This document shows positions 25,458 to 37,579 of a DNA stretch of 64,000 nt, piece after piece (within the stretch, counting starts at the first letter, position 1; each line of letters begins with the position of its first letter). A model generated the notes under the pieces. The model was given only the letters and a program-made list of their open reading frames with translations. It made no database searches and was not told where the DNA came from. The position numbers and the translations under genes are program-made. The stretch comes from Eledone cirrhosa (Eukaryota): positions 13,144,001 through 13,208,000 of the forward strand of contig OZ024756.1 in NCBI GenBank assembly GCA_964016885.1. The letters are read 5' to 3'.

Positions 25458-25850
25458 GAAGGCGCATGGCTTAGTGGTTGGTTAGAGCAATAGGCTTGCA
25501 ATCGAAAGGTTGTGAGTTCAATTCTCGGACCGGGTGATGTGATGTGTTGTTTCCTTGAGCAAGACACTTTATTTCACGTTGTTCCAGTTTATTCAGCTGA
25601 AAATGAGTAGCAACAATAGCTGGAGGTTTAACCCTGCGATGGACTGGCGTCCTGTCCAGGGGGAAGCCTTGTACTCTCAGTCACTTCACGCCATGAAACT
25701 GGGATAAGCACCGGCCAAATGAACTTTCTGGCTTAAGACAGACTTTATACTTATGGCCTGTCTGCCCAGTCAGTGGGATGGCGTCATCGTATGGCTAAAA
25801 CAGCATGTGCTGTGACCAGCGGCGCCTGACAGACTGGTCGGTCAAGGTGA
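25458..25850 (+). mobile_element. SINE with family-B head and CORE-like body but a different 3' half
   Basis: Head matches 24523; then CCCTGCGATGGACTGGCGTCCTGTCCAGGG, resembling the V-SINE domain as I recall it. Confidence 0.7.
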
Positions 25851-25963
25851 TATATATATATATCAGGATTTTACCAGTTTTTGCTCAAGGGTTCTTATAT
25901 ATTTGATATATATTTATCCTTATTGAGCCCTCTTTGGATTTTAGTCTTCACATTTATTATTTT

Positions 25964-25998
<35 letters not shown>

Positions 25999-26111
25999 TA
26001 TATATGTATATATATTACTCAGTTGATGAAAGTTGGTATGTCTACAGGTCAGCGATGTAAACACCATAAAAAACCAGTAACATATCAATAGTTAGGAAAA
26101 TACATCTTAAA

Positions 26112-26180
26112 TTATCTGATGAAAACACACCACGGGGTTATTATATAACCACTCTATCTTTGAAATACGTATAATAGAAT
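26112..26180 (+). ncRNA. Probable hammerhead motif with degenerate stem II
   Basis: ttat CTGATGA ...ggttat-tat-ataacc... GAAA t-ACGT-a TA atag. Confidence 0.5.
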
Positions 26181-26231
26181 TATATAATAAAATGTACGAA
26201 TAAAACCGTCTCTCTTTATATATATATATAT

Positions 26232-26670
26232 CATCATCATCATCATCCATCATCATTTTATGTCCGCTCTTCCCTGCTTGCAAGGATGGGACGGGTCTTA
26301 TTCAGCACAGCATCTCTCTACTTGTCACAGTCCTTCGTCGTCTCCACTGTGAGCTTCAGCGATCTGAGGTCTGTTCTCACCACCACCGCCCATGTTTTTC
26401 GTGGTCTACCTCTACCACACCAGGGGGTTATTATATAATCACTCTATCTTTGAAATACGTATAATAGAATTATATAATAAAATGTACGAATAAAACCGTC
26501 TCTCTTTATATATATATATATATCATCATCATCGTCATCATCCATCATCATTTTACGTCCGCTTGCACAGTCATGGTCCTTCGTCGTCTCCACTGTGAGC
26601 TTCAGCGATCTGAGGTCTGTTCTTACCACCACCGCCCATGTTTTTCGTTGTCTACCTCTACCACGTCTTC
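26232..26670 (-). mobile_element. Two RTE LINE 3'-end fragments within a tandem duplication
   Basis: Near-identical to 54566-54745; - strand encodes RRGRGRQRKTWAVVVRTDLRSLKLTVE. Confidence 0.85.
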
Positions 26671-27043
26671 CTATATATGCGTGTGTTTTGAAAATATAAT
26701 TCTGGTGCATATCTCACTCAACACTCATGATCACCTGATTTACGAAATGAAATGGAAATACTGTTTAATCAAGGTATTTATTCTATTAGTACTGTACATC
26801 CAGAAACAATTTTATCTGGTGTGTTGTAACATGAGGTTACAGAGTATAATAAAATGTAAACTGAAGACTTGAGCGTATAACAACTATTTGTGTAACAATC
26901 CTGCTTGAATTATATAAATAGTTTACAAAGCTTGCTGAAAGGATTATATCACTTCATCAGATTAAGACACTATAAGCAAAATTGAATTTGGAATCAACAT
27001 CCTGCCAATTATAACAGTATTGATATATGGAAAACTTTAAATA

Positions 27044-27074
<31 letters not shown>

Positions 27075-27076
27075 GT

Positions 27077-27305
27077 TTAACCCTTTAGCATTTATACCGG
27101 CTGTATCCGGCCAGAATTCTCTCACCTTTTTCTGTTCAGACCGGCTGTAACTGACCACTCATACTCATGTTAAGGTATTGTTCTCAAAATAAATAATATC
27201 AAAATCTCATAGATTCAATATTATGTGAGACAATTATGTGAAATAAAGCCTTTACTGTGAAAATACAATAGTAAATATAGAGAAATATAAATGCTAAAGG
27301 GTTAA
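27077..27305. mobile_element. piggyBac-like MITE inserted in a SINE tail with TTAA duplication
   Basis: Flanks rejoin as CATCGTTTAA|C..CCATTTTCCATGCTTGCATGGGTT, a SINE tail on the - strand. Confidence 0.85.
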
Positions 27306-28139
27306 CAACCATTTTCCATGCTTGCATGGGTTGACACAAAAATAAATAAATATATAAAAACAAATGGAGTAAGGGAGAGAGAAAGAAGAAAAGCAAAAAT
27401 GACAGAGCACGAGAGAAGAAATTATACATTATATTTGATAGTTTTCAGCCAGTATTGACTGAGGGCATGTCTAATTTAATAGCACCACCTTGTGACACCT
27501 CAGATTATGATTCACACCTTAGTCATCTTTTAGACATCATGCCCCATATATATATGGCTAAGCCCTTGCGCACATTATATTTGTGTAATTTTCCTAAAGG
27601 CATAACTTGTCTCTACCTGTTTTGTTATGTCCCAATGTGCACTGGAATGAATGGGATCAACCTTAAAAAACCCAAACCATAGTGATTTCCAGAGGTTGAC
27701 TGAAGAGATGGAACTGTCTGTCTTTCTGTTGTTTTTTCCATTGTCTTTGAATATATACTTTGTGACATGACGAAAAGCACCCTGTCCACTCAGTAGAGTG
27801 GTCGTTTTGGTGTCATGACTGTGTAGAGTGGTTGTGTAGGTGTTAGCAAAGGGCATCCAGCCATAGAAACCAAACTAGAAACAGTTCTGTGTGAGCAAGA
27901 CACGGCCATCTGATTTGGCTTGTCTCACAACGGGACAACTTATTTAACCCATGCTAGCGTGAAAAAATGGATTTAAACAGTGATGATAATGATGATGGTA
28001 TATCCTGCTTAACATCGACATCATCATCATCATCCTACTACTATACTACTCTTCCTGTTGCTATAGCTGTCATCAGGTGGTTTTCTCTCATTTAATATTC
28101 CACTCCTGCAGTCTCCATTATCGTTATATAAGACCACCT

Positions 28140-29432
28140 CGCCACCACCACCACCACCACCACAACCAACACCTCATCATCACAACCACCACCACCACAA
28201 CCAACACCTCATCATCACAGCCACAACCACCACCACCACAACCAACACCTCATCATCACAGCCACAACCAACATCCCATCATCACTACCACCACCACCAC
28301 CACCACAACCAACACCTCATCATCACAGCCACAACCACCACAACCAACACCTCATCATCACAGCCACAACCACCACCACCACAACCAACACCTCATCATC
28401 ACAGCCACAACCACCACAACCAACACCTCATCATCACAACCACCACCACCACAACCAACACCTCATCATCACAGCCACAACCACCACCACCACAACCAAC
28501 ACCTCATCATCACAGCCACAACCACCACCACCACAACCAACACCTCATCATCACAGCCACAACCACCACCACCAACATCCCATCATCACTACCACCACCA
28601 CCACCACCAACATCCCATCATCACAACCACCACAACCACCACCACCACCACCACAACCAACACCACATCATCACTACCACAACCACCACCACCACAACCA
28701 TCATCACCCTGCCACCACCACCACCACCACCACAGCCAACATCCCATCATCACTACCACAACCACCACCACAACCACCAACACCCTGCCACCACCACTAC
28801 CACCACCCCATCACCACCACAACCACCAAAACCCTGCACCACCACCACCACAACCAACATCCCATCATCACCACCACAACCACCAACACCCTGCCACCAC
28901 CACTACCACCACCACCACCACCACAACCAACACCCCACCACCACCACCACCACAACCACCGTCACCCTGCCACCACCACCACGACCAACATCACCACCAC
29001 AACCACCAACATCCTGCCCCCCCCCAACAACCACCGTCACCCTGCCACCACCACCATCACCACCACCACAACCAACACCCCATCATCACTACCACAACCA
29101 CCGTCACCCTGCCACCACCACAACCAACACCCATCACCACAACCACCGCCACCCTGCACCACCACCACTACCACCACGATAACCAACACCCCATCATCAC
29201 TACGACAACCACCACCACCACAACCATCATCACCCTGCCACCACCACCACCACCACCACCACCACAACCAACATCACATCATCACTACCACAACCACCAC
29301 CACCACCACCACAACCACCGTCACCCTGCCACCACCACCATAACCAACATCCCATCATCACAACCAACACCCCGTCATCACTACCACAACCACCAACACC
29401 ACCACCGCCACTTCTACCCACAACCCTACCCA
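28140..29432. repeat. (CAC/CAA/CAT)-rich compound repeat
   Basis: Recurrent CACAACCAACACCTCATCATCACAGC motif among CAC runs. Confidence 0.9.
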
Positions 29433-29751
29433 TTGGGTAGGGTTGTGGGTAGGTATGTGGGTGACTGGGTAGGTTTCAGTGGGTAAGTGGGTGGGTGTGT
29501 GTAAGTTGGTGGGTAGATAGGTGGTCTGGTGGCTGGGTAGGTAGGTGCTATGGTGGCTGGGTGGGTAGGTAGGTGGTCGTGTGGCTGGGTGATATGACAA
29601 CCGGACTAGAAAGACTGCTTCTTTCTCTAATCCAGGAACTAATGAGAAATGTTAAACCACCAGTGATGACAACAATAAAGCTATTGCTGTTTCCACGTTT
29701 CTTTAACAGATTTTCGACATACATGTGTGTGTATATCATTTCATTATTCAT

Positions 29752-30077
29752 CATTTCATTTTTACGTCCGCTTTTCCCTGCTTGCAAGGGTGGGACGGGA
29801 ACTGATTCTGGCTTGATTTCTACAGCTGGATGCCCTTCCTAACACCAACCTCATTTACAGTGAGTGCTGGGTGGTTTTTGCCGTGACACCTACACGACCA
29901 CTGTGCAGTGGAATGATATGGATCCCAGTCCCTATCATCTCATTTCTACAGCTGAGTAAACTGGAGCAATGTGAAATAAAGTGTCTTGCTCAAGGAAACA
30001 ACACATCACCCGGTCTGAGAGTTGAACTCACAACCTTTCGATTGCAAGGCCACTGCTCTAACCACTAAGCCATGTGC

Positions 30078-30080
<3 letters not shown>
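29752..30080 (-). mobile_element. Full SINE family B
   Basis: Reverse complement of 24523-24866. Confidence 0.9.
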
Positions 30081-30167
<87 letters not shown>

Positions 30168-30369
30168 GTGTGTGTGTATATGTACTCTGATACGGGCATG
30201 AATTGCATAGTACACAGATGTATAGACATACACATATATAGACTCATACACATACATATTCACATATATATACACATATACAGACTCATACACATTTTCT
30301 ACTAGCATTTTAAAGGGTCCATCGAGCTGCCGATTTTAGAGTCGGGTAAGATCGATACAGATCGAACCT

Positions 30370-30556
30370 TGAGCTGATCAGTGGCGAAACGCGCGTCACC
30401 TACCAATAAATGTAATGAAGGAGTAACCAATCGTCCTTGTTATCTTTTCAATATATTACACTCTGTACAGCTCTACACCTCAACACAGAAGTGAACCTAA
30501 ACATCGAGTGCTCACCCGGGTGAACCTACAGTAACTCCAAGTTACACTCCCTAGAT
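30370..30556 (+). mobile_element. PLE terminal remnant
   Basis: GAAAC-GCGC-GTC hammerhead 3' half (30386-30397), AATAAA, ATCGAGTGCTC at about 30503, ends at (TA)n. Confidence 0.55.
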
Positions 30557-30574
30557 ATATATATATATATTTGT

Positions 30575-31180
30575 ATGTATAGGAGTGGTGATAGCTTCCG
30601 GTACCTAGGTGATCAGATTAGCATGGGAGGAGGGTGCTCCGAGGCCATAGTATCTAGAATAAGGACAGGATGGAAGAAGTTTAGGGAGCTGCTGCTTCTG
30701 TTAACAAAGAAGGGTTTCTCCCTGAGTACGAAAGGCCGGTTATATGATGCCTGTGTGAGGTGCGCGATGTTGCATGGTAGTGAGACATGGGCAGCAACTG
30801 CAGAGGATATGCGACGGCTGGAGAGAAATGAAGCAAGCATCCTCCGTTGGATGTGAAATGTCAATGTACGTGAATGACCAAGCATAGATGAGTTGAGAGA
30901 GAAACTGTGTATAAGAGGGATAAATTGTGGTGTGCAGTAGAGAAGGCTGAGATGGTATGGACATGTGATGGGCATGGAAGATGGGGATGACCGCTGGGTA
31001 AAGAAGTGTCAAGAAATCCCGGTAGAAGGAAGACCACGAAAAACATGGGCGGAAGTGGTGATAGCAGATTGCTGAAGCTCATGAGGAAATGACGAAGGAC
31101 CTTGATGAATGGAGATGCTGTGCTGAAAAGGACCCGTCCCATCCTTGCAAGCAAGGAAAATCGGACGTAAAATGATGATG
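30575..31180 (+). mobile_element. 5'-truncated RTE LINE, degraded
   Basis: FRYLGDQI...KGRLYDACVRCAMLHGSETW...RRLRWYGHV; tail GGACGTAAAATGATGATG. Confidence 0.92.
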
Positions 31181-31201
31181 CTTAACATGTATGTGCTACC
31201 A

Positions 31202-31319
31202 TTGGTTTCGGGGTCATGACCACCACTGTATATTGAAGGAGGCACTTTTAAACTGGTCCTTCATTTTAAACTGCCTCCTCCAATATACAGTGGTGGCCAT
31301 AACTGGACTGCGAAACCAA
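31202..31319. repeat. Inverted repeat / hairpin (about 50-bp arms)
   Basis: TTGGTTTCG...CCACCACTGTATATTG.AGGAGGCA mirrored by TGCCTCCT.CAATATACAGTGGTGG...CGAAACCAA. Confidence 0.8.
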
Positions 31320-31825
31320 CATACTATGTATATATAGAGAGAGAGGCTGCCCAGCTTGAGGTGAAGTGAGATAAGTTTTTCTTTGGGTCAGTCGACTCTA
31401 CTTCCTTGGAAGAGAAGCATCACTTCGATCTGCTCAAGCAAGTAGCGACATGGAGCACTTAGCAACAACAAAAAAAAAAAAAATCCGGCCCGACAGCAAT
31501 TATTCTTATTCCATCAGCACTTTAACCACACACACAGAATCATCTGCCTCTTCATATAGACAACATATTCCACTTGCCACGGAGAGCTTTCTACCACCTC
31601 AGCTGGTAATACTAACTATTGTGGGAGGAAACAATTGTCAGTGAACTTTTCATTTTTGGTTTATAAGCAAATTGTAATTAATTAACTAACTAAGTAACTA
31701 TATATATCATCATCATCATCATCATCATTTCATTTTACGTCCGCTTTTCCCTGCTTGCAAGGGTGGGACTGGAACTGATTCTGGCTTGATTTCTACAGCT
31801 GGATGCCCTTCCTAACACCAACCTT

Positions 31826-32035
31826 AATATGAAAAATTCGGGACCCCAATGACTGAGCTCCTACTTTTTCAACAGCTAGATCCAAACTAGCTGGTTCAGA
31901 TCTAGCTGTTGAAAAGGCAGAAGCTAGACCGTCGGGGTCCCAAATTTTTCATATTATCCACTCTACTACTCCAAGTATCGAGTACTCTGGTGAGTAATGG
32001 TCTAACTGGTTTTTACCACTTCCATTCTGACTAAT
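31826..32035 (+). mobile_element. Hairpin-headed mini-element, PLE terminal family X
   Basis: Hairpin 31826-31955, then CCAAGTATCGAGTACTCTGGTGAGTAATGGTC, ending at (TA)n. Confidence 0.7.
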
Positions 32036-32053
32036 ATATATATATATATATAT

Positions 32054-32532
32054 GACGACCTGATAAATTCCGACCTCACACACTTACACCTCTCCAAGAC
32101 AATGTCACTGGACCGAGATCTTTGGCGATACTCAGTAATAGAGAAGACCCGTCTTACCTAAATACAAAGTAAAATCTACTACAGTCAGTAGGCATCTCTA
32201 ACAAAATACACCCCCGTCCCATCACCCCCGTCCCATCCACACCGCCCCTTTCAATGTAAAGTTATGTTGGTGCCACACCATCCAGGCCGAAACAAATGAG
32301 GTCGTGTAGGTGTCACGACAAAAAAACACACAGTCCACGCTGTAATGTGGCAACACGGTAAAAACGTCCCAGCCCCACACTGTAAATGTGGTTGGTGTTA
32401 GGAAGGGCATCCAGCTGTAGAAAACCCGCCAGACAGTCCTATGCGAGCAATGACAACCACTCTTGCCTCAAGTGGGAAAACTCCCGTCCAAACCCATGCA
32501 AGCGTGGAACATGGACGTTAAACGCTGATGAT
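32054..32532 (+). mobile_element. 3' end of a second RTE-like LINE whose downstream region contains the SINE central domain
   Basis: DDLINSDLTHLHLSKTMSLDRDLWRYSVIEKTRLT* (stop 32159-32161) aligns with the RTE C-terminus; GGAAGGGCATCCAGC at about 32401. Confidence 0.6.
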
Positions 32533-32631
32533 AAAGGATCGATTGACTTTCGTCAAATTGGACTGAGGGAACAATGTTTTCATCGGTCTTTCCAGTTGCT
32601 AGTACTATCTATCGGTCGCAAGTCCAGGTAG

Positions 32632-32752
32632 AAGGAGCAACGTGAAATAAAGTGTCTTGCTCAAGGACATAACGTATCGCCCGGTCCAGGAATCGAACTC
32701 ACAACCTCAAGATTGCGAATCCAATTCTCTAACCACTCAGCCACACGCCTTC
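32632..32752 (-). mobile_element. SINE head (tRNA part and CORE-like segment)
   Basis: Reverse complement of GAAGGCGTGTGGCTGAGTGG...GTTCGATTCC...CCTTGAGCAAGACAC. Confidence 0.75.
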
Positions 32753-32758
32753 ACTACA

Positions 32759-32807
<49 letters not shown>

Positions 32808-33059
32808 TATATATATGTATATGTATATCATTATTGTTGTTGTCGTTATTATTATTGTTGTTATTATTATTATTATTATTGTTATTAATGTATGTTTGTG
32901 TGTGTATGTGTATATGTGTATATGTATATATATATATATATATTTCTTTTCTTTTATTAAATTTATTTATTTTATTTTATTTAATTTAATTTATTTATTT
33001 TATTCTCCTCGTGCAATGGCCATACTCGATAACGAGAGGGCAGCCATCACCATCATATG

Positions 33060-33127
<68 letters not shown>

Positions 33128-33163
33128 CTATATATGTATGTGCATATATGTATATGTATGTGC

Positions 33164-33195
<32 letters not shown>

Positions 33196-34302
33196 CTATA
33201 TGTGTGTGTGTTTGTGAGTCCGACCATAGAATTGCTTCTTTATGAAGATGATGATGGTTAGTGGTGGTGGGAGTGGTAGTAGTGATCTGGATGTTATCTT
33301 GCACGTATACCAGCAACAACTACAACACCAATAATAATTGTTCCTTTACATTTTCATTTTAGTTTTTCAATTTCTAAAAGATTATTGTCTATTTTGGATT
33401 TTGAGCAAAGAATGAGATTGTGTGAGATTGACCATTAACAGATCTCTTCAGTTACAGGAAACAACGTGATTTGATTGAAAATCGACTTTAACATGTATTT
33501 GACAAAGTAATGGCATTGATGGATGTATTTCATTATCTTTATAATATCCCTTGCTTTCGATAATCTATCAATATGTTTATTGATAGATTATCATTGACTT
33601 TGGAAACCTGATGGAGTTACAAGTGATGCAGTGTCTGGAGCATTTAAAACATTGTGGAACCAGCCCATCACCTCTCCAGATTTCAGAACATCATATTACT
33701 CCCAGTGAAGGAGACATAGAAGAAGAATTGACCCCAGTATTAAACTGGGACTTTATTTATTGACCTCGAAAGGATGAAAATCAAAGTTGATATTGGTGGT
33801 ATTTGAACTCAAAGGCACAGAACTGATATCGAAACCTCAAAGTATTCTATCTAATTCACCATTTTCATCTCTGCTCCCTTACCACTTCCCCCTCTCACTT
33901 CCGTTTTCCTTCGTCTCTTTCTCTTTGCGCCTGTTCTCGCTCTGATCAGACGTTTTTTTTTCTTCGCTCTCCCTCGTGCTGTTAGTATGGATTCAGGACT
34001 TACGTTTGATCTCCTTATTAACTTCTCCCTAACTCCCCATGGTTACTGCAACTTACATGTACTACTGTCTCGTATTTTCCCTTCTCTATCTTTTGGTTCT
34101 TTTTTTTTTGTTGTTTTCTTCCTTATCGTCTGTGTTTTTTTTGTTGTTTTTCCCCCCGGATAACTATCCTCCTAGTTATCAATGTGCTATGGTGAGATGT
34201 ACTACTCTCTTTAATGCGTTCGAAGCATCAACCACCCACAGAAATCTGCCGATGAGCAGAAATTGTCCTCGTGTTTATTTTTGTGTTTCTCTTACTTTTT
34301 CT

Positions 34303-34352
<50 letters not shown>

Positions 34353-34924
34353 GGGAAGTAAGATTCTATACAAAACAGTGGATGTAGAGAAAAGGTGAAG
34401 TTGGAAATAGCACGGAAAATATATTTTAGGGTCTATTTTTCTTTTTTTTTTTATCCTTTCTTTGATTCGTCAAAGTGACATTATTGAAAAAATGAGAGGG
34501 ACAATTCTTTTTAAAAAAAAGTTTTATAATATATATAAAATATATAAAGTATTACCAGTTTCGATGTATTATTAAAATTCATCTTATCAAATGTTGAGTA
34601 TTGAAATAAAAAATTAAAAAGAATTAATAGGAATTAAAAACTAAAAACTAAAAAATTAAAATTAAAATTAATTGTTGGAGTAAGTTTTTTTCCCATCTTT
34701 CTTGCTCAAAGTTCTTGTTAATAGAGAGAGGTGATAGTAAAGATAGTTGCAGCAGTGCTGGTTGTTGTGATTGTGTTAATTGACTGGTCAAGAGTTCAAA
34801 AGGGATGGGGAATTGTAAGCTAAAGACAAATTCTATGGCAGCAGTATTATTGTAAGAGAAATTCTATTATTGGAATATGGTTTTAGGGAGTGTGTGTATA
34901 TATAGTGTGATGGTGTATATATAA

Positions 34925-35115
34925 CAATTGTTTCTACTTTTTGGCACAAGGCCAGCACTTATCCCAGTACATTACTGGTACTTTATTTTATCGACCCCGT
35001 AAGGATGAAAGGCAAAGTTAACCTCGGCGGGAATTGAACTCAGACCGTAAAGGGACGTAACTATGCTGGAAAGCATAATCCAACCCTCTACCGATACTGC
35101 CAATTCACCGCCCTT
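34925..35115 (-). mobile_element. SINE family A
   Basis: Reverse complement of the 16890 copy. Confidence 0.85.
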
Positions 35116-35921
35116 TGTGTATATATAACAATACACATGTGTCTGTGTATATATAACAATACACATGTGTCTGTGTTTTCTTTTCAGCCTGTCTGTCACA
35201 GGTCCTTTTAGCAATACACACGTGTGCGTGTGTGTGTCGGCCTGTGGTGTGTATGTGTTTTCAACCTGTCTGTCTCAGGTCCCTTTGTGGTGGGAAATAA
35301 AAAAAAAAATTTTTCTTCAAAATTCGAAAAATTCCTAAAATTCCTTCAAAATTCAAAATTTAAAAACTTAAAAAAAAACCCCAGAAAACTCTTTTAAAAA
35401 ACCCAGAGCAGAGTATCAGTGCACGCATGCACACACACACATATATATATAGACACTTCACACACACATATATAAACAAAATATATGTAGAAATAAAAAT
35501 AAATATGTTAGATGGTTCCAAAGAGAAAGCAAAGGAAAAAACGAGTGCTCTATGTATAGAACAGAGCATTAAAAATATATAAATATATTTTGTTGTTGAA
35601 AGAATATGATAAAGGAAAAGGAAAAACGAGTGCTCTATGTACAGAAGAGAGCTGTAAAAATATTTTGTTGTTGAAAATATGGGGTAAAGGTCCAAGGTGA
35701 TAAAATGAGAGAATGTTCAAGTCGAGAACAATTGTTTCACCTTATGTGGATCTTCAGCTCGGACTGGTAATGGTTATACAGAACAGGAAAAACAACCGTA
35801 TGAATGCACATGTGCAGAAACGGTCACTTCACCCAAGCGATACAAAACCATGGGCGAAAAAGGTGTAAGGGAAATAACTGCGAATGTTCGGAATAAATTG
35901 TTCGAGTTGATATATATATAT

Positions 35922-36265
35922 GTGGAGGCACATGGCTTAGTGGTTAGAGCATTGGCCTTGCAATCGAAAGGTTGGGAGTTCAATTCTCAGCCTGGGTGAT
36001 GTGTTGTTTCCTTGAGCAAGACACTTTATTTCACATTGCTCCAGTTTACTCAGCTGTAGAAATGAGATGATAGGGACTGGGGTCCCTATCATTCCACTGC
36101 AAAGTGGTCGTGGAGGTGCCACGGCCAAAAAGCACCCAGCACTCACTGTAAATGAGGTTGGTGTTAGGAAGGGCATCCAGCTGTAGAAATCAAGCCAAAA
36201 TCAGTTCCCGTCCCACCCTTGCAAGCAGGGAAAAGCGGACGTAAAATGAAATGATGATGATGATA
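35922..36265 (+). mobile_element. Full SINE family B
   Basis: Near-identical to 24523-24866. Confidence 0.9.
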
Positions 36266-36398
36266 TATATATAGAGAGAGAGTATATGTTGGTTGTTTAC
36301 CCGACGCCTCAGTATGCAGGTTGGTTTGTTTACTCCAGAGTAATGTAAAATAAAATATGTAAGTCAAACATGTTAAAGTTGGCTTCGTTTATTCCAAT

Positions 36399-36457
36399 TC
36401 GCTGCTATATATATTTCAGTGACAGCCATTATTGGCTGTGACCTCATCAGGCAGTAA
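36399..36457 (-). ncRNA. Type-I hammerhead ribozyme motif
   Basis: ttactgc CTGATGA ggtcacagcca-ataa-tggctgtcact GAAA t-ATAT-a TA gcagcga. Confidence 0.8.
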
Positions 36458-36906
36458 GAATTAATGTAGAAAAAACAGGTAAACATGGTGTTGTAATGTG
36501 TTCCACTCTGTTAATTCATCGATATGTCCAGCTCCTGGGTGTGTTGTTAGCCATCACTAAGTCCAAGCCATACACAAGGAGTAATCCGTCTTGTGGACTG
36601 TGAATTGAAGAAAGGATAATTATTCTAAGGAGATTACGCAATAGTGATTGCCTAAATTCAAGAAATGAAATCTTCTCACATTGTCCACATGTCTGGAAAC
36701 ACCTCTTGCATAACTACAAAGCTCCAGATTGAATAACAGCAACATTCTAATATTCTAATCAACTCGAACAATTTATTCCGGACATTTGCAGTTATCTCCC
36801 TTACACCTTTCGCCCGTGGTTTTGTATCGCTTGGGTGAAGTGACCGTTTTTGCACATGCGTGTTCATACGGTTGTTTTTTTCGTGTTCTGTATTACCATT
36901 ACCAGT

Positions 36907-36947
36907 CCGAGCTGAAGATCCACATACGGTGAAACAATTGTTCTCGG
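36907..36947 (+). ncRNA. Type-I hammerhead motif (mirror copy 35723-35762 on -)
   Basis: ccgag CTGAAGA tccacatacggt GAAA c-AATT-g TT ctcgg; stem II is weak. Confidence 0.6.
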
Positions 36948-36975
36948 TATGGTGAACTAACTGTTGTGCTTCTAC

Positions 36976-37033
<58 letters not shown>

Positions 37034-37081
37034 AGTGTCCCGCAGTAAGTAAGGTATTCAATACATTAGTAGACTATATAC

Positions 37082-37206
37082 AACAAATTTAATATAGAAA
37101 TGGCTTCTACAGGACTGGAACTGTTTCATTGGAAGGAAATCATCATGATTTCTTTCGAATGAAACTGTTCTTGTCCTATAGAATCCATTTCTATATTAAA
37201 TTTGTT
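37082..37206. repeat. Hairpin with about 60-bp arms adjoining (TA)n
   Basis: AACAAATTTAATATAGAAATGG...GAAATCA / TGATTTC...CCATTTCTATATTAAATTTGTT. Confidence 0.85.
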
Positions 37207-37257
37207 ATATATATATATATATATGAGAGTGTGTGTATAATATATATATATATATAT

Positions 37258-37458
37258 ATAGGAAAAAGTATGATCCCGACGGCAGAGCTCAAGCCGTTTC
37301 GACAGCTATTTCTGGAATAGTCCAGAAATAGCCGTCGAAACAGCTTAAGCTCTGCCGTCGGGGTCATAATTTTTCCTATTACCCACTCTACTACCCTAAG
37401 TATTGAGTACTCTGGTGCGTTATGGTCCATCTGGTTCCTTACCACAACTCCTTCGTTA
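37258..37458 (+). mobile_element. Hairpin-headed mini-element, PLE terminal family X
   Basis: Hairpin 37258-37379 containing GAAAC-AGCT-TA; then CCACTCTACTAC..AAGTATTGAGTACTCTGGTGCG; (TA)n on both sides. Confidence 0.7.
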
Positions 37459-37548
37459 TATATATATATCATCATCATCATCATCATCATCATCGTTTAA
37501 CGTCCATGTTCCACGCTTGCATGGGTTTGGACGGGAATATATATATAA

Positions 37549-37579
<31 letters not shown>

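Larger units (their letters stand above)
35723..36947. repeat. Inverted repeat with about 190-bp arms (35723-35910 / 36758-36946), each ending in a hammerhead motif
   Basis: Arms are reverse complements with scattered substitutions; spacer holds a SINE and another hammerhead. Confidence 0.85.

Noticed and set aside
28077-29486. 469-aa His/Pro/Thr ORF
   Set aside because: CAC/CAA compound repeat with frame-wandering homopolymers
34545-34595. Hammerhead-like TTGATAA gatg...catc GAAACTGGTA on -
   Set aside because: Two core positions are mutated and stem I is minimal; too degraded to call
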